Assembly: GCF_001949145.1 (NCBI RefSeq)
Contig: NW_019091360.1
Coordinates: 3,532,864 to 3,596,863, forward strand
Direction: 5' to 3'
Origin: Acanthaster planci
Lineage: Eukaryota
Length of the DNA stretch: 64,000 bases
Shown here: positions 14,801-26,800 of the stretch, piece by piece
How positions within the stretch are numbered: the first letter of the stretch is position 1
Layout of the letters: every line of letters starts with the position of its first letter
Program-made: the position numbers and the translations under genes
The notes under the pieces: model-generated
What the model saw: only the letters and a program-made list of their open reading frames with translations
Databases searched by the model: none
Told to the model about the DNA's origin: nothing

Positions 14801-17800
14801 AACAGTTCATGTACATGTACATGAATGTTTATGCAGTATCACATGTACACGCACATGTACGCTGGCGAAATGTACATGTACATACAGTACATGTTCGCTC
14901 TAGACTGACGGTCCAGTACCCGTGGGGTGCATTCCACTAAATGGTTGTATTTCTGCTTGTGAGCTCATTAATATTCTGTGATCCCACAGGGTTTTTACAA
15001 TAAGACATGCTTTAATCAGGAGGGATCATAGAAATATTTCTATAAATCCCAAATTTGGGACTGATAATTTCCAGTTCGGAGTATTTCTTTCAAAAGTGGC
15101 GGAGGCTACATTCAGATCTGAGCGCATAGTTTTACCACTATTTTAGAGGTATCTTCTGGGAAAGGTGAATGAAAAATATTTCCTGTCTAACCCCCATAAA
15201 ATTGAAACGAAAAGTGATCTTCTGGCCACAGTCTTGAATTTCCATTGAAAAAACGGAGGCCAAGCTCTTCCCAAGAGTCAACAGGTAGCGCTATTTTGGT
15301 CTGATTTTGCAAATGTTTTCTATGGGCGCGTATTTGGTGTTGTGCAACCCATAGCGCGAACCAAGCACGAAATCACATTTGTGACATCGCTGGTGTTACA
15401 ACTATTAATGACCAATCAGAAAAATCAATATTGCATATTCATAGTAACGTAATGCATATACACACACCATACACACTCAGCACGTCATACACGTGGGATG
15501 CATATTCATGACTTACTTGTACCTCTACAATGCAATGCATGAAAGCCTGTGCTGATTTAGATCTTGTACGCAGAACCGACATCAAATCATAGCATTGTTG
15601 AGACGTACCGGCCACACGCTGTAGTACAGTAAACCATGGAGGAATGGCCCACAGTTAACTGCGATTGCGCCACAAAGGCATCACGGAACAGAAGTTTCAG
15701 ACTATTTACTGCCGCTGCATTCATAGACTTCAGCATTACTCCTGCTGGGCTGGTGCCAGGGACTGAACTATTCTTGGTTGCAAAAGGTTCTATTTTATTT
15801 GCTTAAAAAACCAGCAGCAGCTAGAGGGCATGCATCACTATCAAATATTTCACGGCTTATTTCAGAGTATTGTTTTATTAGACCGCTGGACTACCCAGAC
15901 GAGGGCTTTCGTTAGACCGCCGCAGATTTTACTCTAATTTGGCTAGCGGACCAGCGTTAATGTCGAACCCTGCATAAACATACGTAACATTAGGTAATGT
16001 CCAGTTACAGTTAAATGAAGAAAAGTAAAATGTGGATGCTGTCAGTATATCACTTTTGTCAGTTTTCCAATAAGGCAAACACCCTGAAGTAGTTTTTGGT
16101 GAACTGGTCACCGAGAACTTGGTTAGGAAAGAATTACACACTCTGTTTTAACTTGTCAAGGAAGAACAGGTCAGACTAATCCCTTTGAAATATGGTGATT
16201 GCATTCCATATTAATATCCATTCCCTGTCTACAGGATTTACATGTCATTATTCCCATAGCATTTGAGTAAGAGCCCTCTTAAATTGGTTACAATCCAAAA
16301 TGATTAATAGCACAAGCTATGCCATTAACTTTGATATGTGGCATGCACTGAATTGAAGATCCAAACACAACTGTTGCGTTGGTAATCGTTCTTAAGTGCA
16401 CACAATTGATATTGCTTTGTCACTGTTAAACTGTGGCAAATTTGATAGATTTGTGTGGTTACGGATGAAGGTATGATTCTTAGCTTTGTGTGTGTCACAA
16501 CATATGAACATGTGTTTACATTCAGTATCACTCATCTGGGTGTGGTATAAATGTATTCTTCTTATCCTCAATGTGTGGTAACATTCAATAAGAAGTATGT
16601 CAAAAGTATGCCTTTGTAAGACAAAAATTAGTAAACCAAGCTGGTAAGACAGGTACAAATCCTCACGAAGGGCACATTCAGAAAGTCGTTTATGCTTAAA
16701 AATCCACAACAAACTGCCTGGCGTAGTGTGCATTTATACTTAGGAGTAGATTTTCATCACGCATGTAACCCTTTTTCATGCCATCAAGCCCGCCAACCTT
16801 CCTTTCGCACACCCTTTCCTCGCAGTCTCCCCCCAAACCCCTGGTACTCTCAGAGCAACTAATTGCCGCTGGTGACCTGCTGACCTTTGACCCCCTCCCT
16901 TCTGACACCCGAGATGATGACCTTCTTACCAGGCAGACAGAGGAGCCAGTGGAGGTTTGTTTCTGTAGGAAATGCTGCAGTAGTGTGCAGTAGCAATAAT
17001 GCATCGTGTGAAATTTGTGTGTAGAGTTTGCAGCCGTTTCAAGGTTTTGCTGTTCAGTGTGAATTTTAGTGAGCATCCTGCGTTTCGATTCAAAAGTTGT
17101 ACATGCCACTCTAGCAAAGCACTCTTTGAATCCATGTTCTCATGCTGCCTGTTTTGTTTGAAACCCTGTTTCAATATATATGTTTATGTTTTCATTGACT
17201 TCTTATGATTAGTCTTCATGAATGGTTTTCTTCTCTGAAATTTGTTACAATCATGCCAGTTTTTCATGTAATTTAAGAGAAAAAGGCAAAATTATAGCCT
17301 TGTTACCGTTGCAAAATTCATGGTTAAATTATACAAAGTCAGCAGTATATGTGACCCATTTTGTGAAAACAAGTCTTAAGTCTCCAGAGCTCCTTTTGAG
17401 TAAAAAGTCCTTCAGAATAATTTTGCATTGTGTAAATTAATAGGAACCCACAGCATTCTTCACCATGGAGTATCCGCTTTCATCAGGATGCCAAACTGAG
17501 TGATAAATCAGAAAAAACTATTCAATTTGCTCTTTCCAATACAAATGAAAACTCAAAAGTGGTTTTGGCAACTTGTGACTCATTTTCACAGAGCTGGTCA
17601 CACATGTCTATTACTCGTATTTATTGAACACGAGGAAGAAGACATTGGTAAGGAAATAAGCAGATTACGTATCCTTAGAGAAATGTAGATCCAGTCTTGC
17701 ACGGCCTAGTCTAGCTTCCACCTAGTGCTAGTCACTACTTTTCGCTCCTTCCCTTTAGTTCTCCCCTCCCGTAATCTTTGAGGAAACCCTAGCCAAATCA

Positions 17801-20800
17801 GAAGTCAAGCCAGCCTACAAGTTGGATGTTAGTGAGTTAGATGGACCAGTAGAGGAGGTAGGTATTACCTTCTGATCAACAAGTGAAATGGATTTGGGTT
17901 ACTGAGGGGCCCGGGAGAGAAGTGGATTATGCTATTTCCAGATCTAGATCTCCAGAAATATTTCCTGGAGAGATTCTTAATTCCTTTAACACAGTTTCTT
18001 CAGATCTTTATTATCAAAGGAATTGTAGTGATGGAGCTTTTTAAGAAAGGAAGGTGTCTGTTTTCAGGATTAAAAAAAAAAAATTTATCTTATTTTACAA
18101 AAGCATAAGTGCCCTGCCCTTGATGCTGTAATACAGTGAAGAAATCTGATCTTATCCATGAGTAGCACGTAACGACTCCCCCGTTCCTTGCATGTGGTAC
18201 CTATTCACCCATCTGCTGGCTACTTCCTTGACCACCCCGTAGCACCCCTCACCTGTAGCTGAAGATCCCCTTACTCTAGATGAACACCAACCCTCATCTG
18301 AATTAGCTTATGATTGGAGCAAGCCCGATGACGACTATGACCACATAGTAAGACAAACTTTTGAACTGGTGAATGTAAAGTTCTGTCCTTGAATCTCTCT
18401 GTTTCTTTATCAAATGGGATGAAATTATTTACTGGAGAATATTTGATTGATATTATGAACTGCCATATTTTCCTCCAAGGATATCTTAACCACTACCAGC
18501 CGGNNNNNNNNNNNNNNNNNNNNNNNNNNNNNNNNNNNNNNNNNNNNNNNNNNNNNNNNNNNNNNNNNNNNNNNNNNNNNNNNNNNNNNNNNNNNNNNNN
18601 NNNNNNNNNNNNNNNNNNNNNNNNNNNNNNNNNNNNNNNNNNNNNNNNNNNNNNNNNNNNNNNNNNNNNNNNNNNNNNNNNNNNNNNNNNNNNNNNNNNN
18701 NNNNNNNNNNNNNNNNNNNNNNNNNNNNNNNNNNNNNNNNNNNNNNNNNNNNNNNNNNNNNNNNNNNNNNNNNNNNNNNNNNNNNNNNNNNNNNNNNNNN
18801 NNNNNNNNNNNNNNNNNNNNNNNNNNNNNNNNNNNNNNNNNNNNNNNNNNNNNNNNNNNNNNNNNNNNNNNNNNNNNNNNNNNNNNNNNNNNNNNNNNNN
18901 NNNNNNNNNNNNNNNNNNNNNNNNNNNNNNNNNNNNNNNNNNNNNNNNNNNNNNNNNNNNNNNNNNNNNNNNNNNNNNNNNNNNNNNNNNNNNNNNNNNN
19001 NNNNNNNNNNNNNNNNNNNNNNNNNNNNNNNNNNNNNNNNNNNNNNNNNNNNNNNNNNNNNNNNNNNNNNNNNNNNNAACGGAAAAAATGATAGTCTTGC
19101 TGGCCCAGCATCCTCAACGTTGAAAAATGCCCCGGTCCGAAGTGGTTAAAATGTTTAAGGTGACTGTATCAACATGTCATACGAACTATAATAGTCCTTT
19201 TTGCTGCTTTCGAATTCAGTGGAAATGTTACATAGTCTTCTTGGGTATGTCCCAACTGGAGCACAAAGTCTCATGTAGAATTCCATTCTTCTATACTGTT
19301 AGACATCTTTGTTTACTGACTTTGTTATCCACTTTCCAAATTCCTTCATGACATGTGAATACCTTTCTGTTCATTGTTGTTTTTCTGCCAGTTTAAACCA
19401 ACTCATGTCAAGCAGTTTGGCAAACTGGTGGAGCCTGAGCCAGACGAGAAGAAGCGTAAAGAGACCCTGCCGTACTTTGCACGCTTCACTCAAGACTGCA
19501 CTGTGAAGGAAGGACGATTTGCTTGTAAGTCCTTACGTGATTTCCCCACCAAGAGAATATTGTGGCATTATCACAGCTGTCTTTAGTATGCCTTAGCTCG
19601 AGAGCCTGTTTATTTATCAGACTTAAGATTCTTTGATTGGTCAACCTTTGATAGAACTACTGTTGGTCTGTACTAGGCATTTGCTCACATCAGGTATCTG
19701 TCTTGAGCAGGAGCACTCCATCGCTGGTTGAAACAAGCCATGTTGGGGGGAAGTGTTCACTTTGTTGGTAGTGACACGACTGTACATTTCGTTATCAAGG
19801 AGCCTCCATTGTGAGGAAAGCTCTCTTAACCTCTCTTGGTCCTGCTTTGGGGCAGATTGCAAAAGGCAAGCTGGCAACCAATGTGAACATGTTATATCTA
19901 GTCTCTGTGTATTGATGAAAGAGAGTGGTGTGCCACCTTGCAGTTATGTCCCTTGAGTCCTGTACATTGTGTGCATACATAGCCTCATAGCCTCATACAT
20001 GCACGTGAAACATCAAAAGCCTGGTTTAAGTCCAGGTGGATTGCAACAAAGGTAGTCAGGTGTCATCCTTATCTCCTTTGTTACCTCGAGTTGGGGATGG
20101 GGGGGTTCATGAAGCTCATATCAGGGTGTGATTAATTTGTACTCCACGATGACATACTTCTCACACATTAGTGGTGCTTCCATATTGTGGTTATTTCTCT
20201 CCTATGACCATTAGATGCTCAGGATGTAGAAGTCAGAAGTTATCTCCTTCGAGCAGGAACAAAAGAGGGTGTGTTTTGAAATGAAATTGACAGTCATTTG
20301 ATATGCACTCACCACATAGGTGCACAACTTCATGCGCCTGTGACGCAGAGCACGCTAAGCACGTACAACAAATTTAGTCTGGATTATATGGTCTTCTCGT
20401 GCACGCCGAATGCATTTGGAAAGCTGAGTACCATCTGTCTTTCTTTCGCCAGTGAGGGTGCACTTCAGCTCAGAGCGGGTAGCTCTAGCATCTCATTTTT
20501 TTTCTTCCTCATCAGCTTTTGACTGCGTAGTCAAGGGTGAACCAGAACCCGATGTCTTCTGGGAGAAGGACGGAGTCCAGCTGGAAGAGACGGCCCAGAT
20601 CAAGATGGAGTTTGGTGACGACGACTCCTGTATCCTTAACTTCACCCCGGCTAGGCTCAACCTGTCAGGCACCTACGTCTGCAAAGCTGTGAACACAGTC
20701 GGTGAAGCCACCTGCTCTGCTAAACTGACTGTTATTTGTAAGTCACGCATTTGTCTTCCTATTTTTAAACATTCAGGCCAGTTTAATTCTATAAAGGTCT

Positions 20801-23800
20801 CTCATATTGCCTCTTGTATTGCCTTCCGGGCCACATTTACATTCAGTATTTTAGGAGTAACATTTCTCATTTGGTGTTTTGAAAGTTCTGTGAGATTTCT
20901 TAACCCCTTCACTCCGAGAGACAGCAAGAGCCGCGGCTTTGTGTGAGGATTAGTCTGAACAGGTTTTTCTCAAGTTCTAAGTTGACTCTCCGCATCATTT
21001 AACTTTGAATTTCAGCTGACTCTAAGATTGTACCAGAGAAGGAAACCCTGGTTTCATCAGGCCGGGTGGACTTGGCCTCGAAGAAAGCCCCACGGTTCAC
21101 CTGGAACCCAGGCAATCGGATCGTGGATGAGGGAAAACCATTTACTCTGGCGGTGGAAGTCGAGGGAGAACCATCCCCAACTGTCATCTGGTAAGCATTA
21201 TGAAGTTAGATGAAGGTACACTTTGGGGCCATTCTTGGTTACGTGTGTGACAAAAAATGGGAAAATCCTATAATGGACATCCTTCCTTAGCCTCTGAAAA
21301 TGGCCCATGTATCATTCCATTATGCCATTAATGTTAGTCTACTGACCCCAGTTTACAGTTTTTTACAATAGTTTTTCTTTCTAACTTGTCCGCTTTGGGT
21401 CGGAGGTCAAAATAAAGGTTGGTACATGTGTGACATCAGACAGAAACAGTCCCCAAAGGTTATCATTAAATCACTTTTTTAAACTGGGGTCAGCAGATTA
21501 ATATAAATGGCATAATGGAAATATACATGGGCTATTTCAGAGGCTAACGAAGTATGTTAATCATAGGATTTTGTAATTTTTTGTCACATGGCTAACCGAG
21601 AATGACCCTTTGAAGCTTAGGAAGGACTAAGTGTGAGGTTTTTTGTTGGTTGAGCTTGTTCTTGTGTCTTCATCGTGCAGTGTTGTAGTCGAGACCATCA
21701 CAAGACCAGACACAAGACCAGTCACAAGACCAGTCTCAAGTAACAGGGTGAACAATGACAAAGGAATGCTCTTGTTTTAGTTCATTTGAATAGCTTGTGG
21801 CTTGAATTCAGACTGGAGACTTTGTGTTTCGTTCTTGTGTTGATTGTACAAGGTCTTGACTACCACGCTGTTATCTCGTGATTTTTTTTTCAGGACCAAA
21901 GATGGTGAGCGTCTCGGAGACGACTTCTACCGCTTCAAGCATGATGGAGACACACACTCCCTGATCATTGATGATGTCCTGCCTGAAGACGAAGGCACCT
22001 ACATTGCTACTGCCACCAACCCAGTTGGCAAAGCAGAGTGTACTATCCAAATCACCGTCAATGGTAAGTTCTCCTCCATTTCTCAATCATCAAATGCTGT
22101 AAGTGCATATTCACAGTTTGTAGATTTTGTCAGGTTTTGCCTCCTCCATGAGTGTCATATTCCTGTCCTGAATGTATTCTGTGTTATGTGTACAATATTC
22201 CACAGTCTTTATACCAGGATAAATTAAATGTTGTTCTTAAGATGAACATCAGTTTCTTCATTTTACATGGTTAATTCTTTTACCACTGCTCCTGCTTTCC
22301 TGAACCTGCTTCCAGTGCCATGAGAAAGATAATACAGCAATGCTACACAGCGTATAAAAACCAACGTCACAAACAACACAACCAACAACATTCTGTGTTC
22401 TATATTCTTGCCTCAGAGGCAGGGTCGTCGCCCCATTTCACCAAGCCCCTCCAGGATGTGGAGGCCATCGAGGGTCAGCGCTTGCAGCTACAGTGTCTCC
22501 TCACCGGCGATCCGCTCCCCACGGTCAACTGGTACAAGGACGGGGAATGCATCGATGACCATCCAGACTACGAGATCAGCCGAGACAAGCAAGGGGTTTG
22601 CATGCTGGACATTGACGAGATCTTCAAGGACGACTCTGGGAGGTTCACTTGCATTGCAAAGAATGAGTTCGGTAAAGCTGAGACCACATCCAACATCACT
22701 GTCACCTGTGAGTACAATGTTGAAATAATAGATGAGCATGTTTTGGTGTTGACATATCATTTGAGTTCATGGCACCTGTTGTACTCATTCACATTTATTT
22801 CTCAGTTACCTCAAGTTTACGTGAATGAAAATTTTCCTCTGAACTTGTCAATGTACTTTCATTCAAGATTAACATGAAATTAAGGTTTAAGTGCCGTATT
22901 AGGTAAAAATGGTCTGACCACCATTGGGTCTTAAGCTGTGGAACTATTAGTATATCTTACCACTCCTGTGATGATGTGTTATCTTACACCCCACAGCTGT
23001 AGATGCAGACAGACCACCAGAGTTCATCTCCCAACTCCATCTAGCCATGCCTCTAGTGGAAGGCAAACCATGCCAGCTGGAGGCCCAGGTCGAGGCCAAG
23101 CCCCCTCCTAGTGTCTCCTGGTACAAAGACGGTAAAGTTATCCGGAACAAACCTCGCTACAAGGCCTCATTGGAGAGAGACACTGCCAGATTGGACATAC
23201 CAGATGTTCTGCCTGAAGACGCTGGAGTCTATGAGTGTGTGGCTTCCAATCCTGCGGGAACAACAAAGTCAACAGTGGATTTGAAGATTCCCGGTAACAT
23301 ATCATTATATTTGGTAAAATCAGAGTACATCTTTCTTGACTTTTTCAAGACTCGAGGTGTTTACATTTACCATTGCCTTTTTACTTGAGTAGGGATGTGC
23401 ACTTTTGGAGTGTGTTATTCTTTCTGGTAATGAAATCAAGGGGTCCCCAAATTGCATGGGCACAGAAGCTTGGGAGTCTCAGGAAACCTGGAGAGTGTAG
23501 ACAAGGAAACAGTGTTCAGCTGCAGAGGTGGACGGAAAAACCCCATAAATATTCTAGGTTACGTCCGTGAAATCATGTAGAGACAAAACCCCAATATGCA
23601 TGCAGGCTTGGCTAGGATTTATAATAATAATTAATGATATATTCATTTATAAAGCACAAATTTCATATAGATATGTTCAAATGTGCTGTACAATGAAGAC
23701 ATTAAGTGTGGAACAATGAATACATTTAAACATGGTTGAGACGATGGCATGCAAGGGTGCCTCGGGCAGCCGCCAAATGACCCACGTTCACCAACATCAG

Positions 23801-26800
23801 TAAAGGGGAGACAGTAAGAAGCAGTTACAGTTTTTTAGAGGTGGGAGGAAAACCCCAGAAGAATATTCTGGGTAAAACCCACGGAGTCAGGTAGGGACTG
23901 AAAACCCAATCCACATATGGACCGGGCCGGTAATCGAACCCGGAACCACAAGAGGTGGAAGACGAGGAAAGAACTACCTTGCCAACCTCGGTCTCAGAAG
24001 TGGAAGTGCCACTAATGCTATCTTAACACCCCTGTGTTTGGATAAGTACAGATTCTTTTTTCTAAGACATGATCCAAACAAGACAGCTCCAATTAATCTT
24101 GAACTCTCTCTGCTGTTTCATCTGTTGCACTTTTTCAGCGTATGACAAGGCCCCTGAATTTGCCACCAAGCCGGAGCTTGCAGAGCCCATGAAGGAAGGC
24201 CGGCCCTGCCACATTGAGTGCCAGATATCAGCCAAGCCGGCTCCAATCGTGACCTGGTACAAGGATGGCAAACCCATCAAGGACGGTTGGAAGTACAGGA
24301 CTTCATACCTGAAAGGCATCGCCTGTCTGGACATCAATGACGCCTTATCAGAAGATGCTGGTGTGTATGAGTGTGTTGCAACCAATCGGCTGGGTACAGC
24401 TAAGTCTACTGTGGAAGTCATGGTCCCAGGTAGGGAAACAGTTTCTCTACATTACCTTCCATTTCTTATTTCCCTGGATTTCTCAGAAATCTCAGTCCTG
24501 TAGCTTGTAACCCTCAACCTTGACCCCTTGGATGGTAAAAATTATATGTGAATTTTGAGGATTCAGAATTCTTTTTGTTAACACAAATCTGTAAATGGAC
24601 AGCAAAGAAATGTTCACCATGAAAAGGATCTCTCATAGATTTCTTAAAAGCACTTCCCACGCTATGGCTTGTTTGCCTTAAGAAACCTCTGAAGAGATGA
24701 CCAGAAAGTAATTAATTTTTTTAAAGTTAAGACACCTTAACCCTAACCCAAAGGGACCATTCTTATAGAAGTATTCTCAGGACCTCGAAGCATCAGTATG
24801 GGAGATAAAAAAGCTCTTCAGTGATTTGCCGTTGCTCTGTAGATGTTGACAAGGCCATCAAATTTAGGCACAACCTATTCTTGTAACAATGTCCCATAGG
24901 TTATGAGAAAGCAAAGCCACCAGAGTTTGTTTCCAAGATGCAAGTTGCTGAGCCCCTCCTCGAAGGACGACCCTTCCACATTGAGTGTCCAGTCTCTGCC
25001 CAACCACCTCCTACGATCTCTTGGTACAAGGACGGTAAGCCACTCCAGAACCAGCCAAGATACAGGACATTGTTCCTGAAAGGTGTGGCTTCCGTGGACA
25101 TAGATGAGGCTACGCCGGAGGACTCTGGCGTGTATGAATGTGTCGCAACCAATCCACTTGGTACAGCCACATCAACCGTAAAGGTCATGATCCCAGGTAA
25201 TCATTGACTTTCTTTTATATGAAAAGTCTCTGAAATCAGGGTTGAAGGCTTTGTGTGTACATGACCATGAGATTTTAGCAAAGGCTTTTATAAACATGTA
25301 AAAGATTGACTACCATGTCATACTAAACTCCTTTTATTTTTGTTTGTTGGAAGAGATGGGCTAAGTACACTTCTGGGGGAAGAAGTTCAAAAATTGCTGC
25401 CATGACTTGTGTAGACGTTTCAGAGGACAGTATTTGCATTAAAATGCGTATAGTTTTGTTAAAAAGACAAAAACATATGGTCTCATATTGTCGGTTTAAG
25501 CATTTCTCTTCATTGGAACTGTTTCCTTAGCATATGGCAAGCCACCAGAGTTTGTCTNNNNNNNNNNNNNNNNNNNNNNNNNNNNNNNNNNNNNNNNNNN
25601 NNNNNNNNNNNNNNNNNNNNNNNNNNNNNNNNNNNNNNNNNNNNNNNNNNNNNNNNNNNNNNNNNNNNNNNNNNNNNNNNNNNNNNNNNNNNNNNNNNNN
25701 NNNNNNNNNNNNNNNNNNNNNNNNNNNNNNNNNNNNNNNNNNNNNNNNNNNNNNNNNNNNNNNNNNNNNNNNNNNNNNNNNNNNNNNNNNNNNNNNNNNN
25801 NNNNNNNNNNNNNNNNNNNNNNNNNNNNNNNNNNNNNNNNNNNNNNNNNNNNNNNNNNNNNNNNNNNNNNNNNNNNNNNNNNNNNNNNNNNNNNNNNNNN
25901 NNNNNNNNNNNNNNNNNNNNNNNNNNNNNNNNNNNNNNNNNNNNNNNNNNNNNNNNNNNNNNNNNNNNNNNNNNNNNNNNNNNNNNNNNNNNNNNNNNNN
26001 NNNNNNNNNNNNNNNNNNNNNNNNNNNNNNNNNNNNNNNNNNNNNNNNNNNNNNNNNNNNNNNNNNNNNNNNNNNNNNNNNNNNNNNNNNNNNNNNNNNN
26101 NNNNNNNNNNNNNNNNNNNNNNNNNNNNNNNATGTATTCAAACAAGATAGGGGTAAAAGGTTTTGTGTGCCTGACGTCAAACATCAGATAAATTTGATGT
26201 AAATATTTAAAGATTACTTTTTTGACTGTCATCTGTTATATTTGACCCCTTTTGTTTTTGAAGCTTAATGAAAATTTACTTGACAAATCTGTTCCAAACC
26301 TATCATTGGAGAACTGATTTTAGAGTTGCCACCATGACTTCCATCTACCCAAGTCATTTCTAAGACACTGTAACAGTGTAATAAGGGAATAAATATGTCG
26401 GCTGGTCATCAACTTTTGTGTGAGACTGGAGCAGGGGTATGGACATTGGTAATGACCGAGCCGAAGGCAAGGGACATCATCAGCATCCATTCTCCCTAGC
26501 TGATGACTCTGCACATATTTATTCCCATTCTTAAATACCTTTGAATCGGAAATTATAAATTTCCAATGATTTTTGTTTAACAGTTTTACTACTTTTTTCA
26601 AATGCCCTTGCCATGCTACATGTTGCTCTCGTGAGTCGTCATAAGCAATCTCCTTATATGGAAATTGGTGTGTGTTGCATACTTACGGGAGATGCCGCAC
26701 ACCCAGCCGGTGTTTTATCAGTCGTTAAAGAACAGCCACACGATGGGCTGTCAACCAATAGAAATGGCTAAAATGTCTTAGGTATGAATGGATGTTGGTT

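Noticed and set aside
21690..21740. Short regular direct repeats considered as a CRISPR-like array
   Set aside because: 12-bp head-to-tail units with no spacers, inside a MITE in eukaryotic DNA.
24737..24750. TAACCCTAACCC telomere-like sequence
   Set aside because: Only two units; chance or repeat remnant.
15049..26661. Other CArG-like 10-mers (15049, 26652)
   Set aside because: Several are expected by chance in 64 kb of AT-rich DNA; they lie in or near repeat-like sequence.
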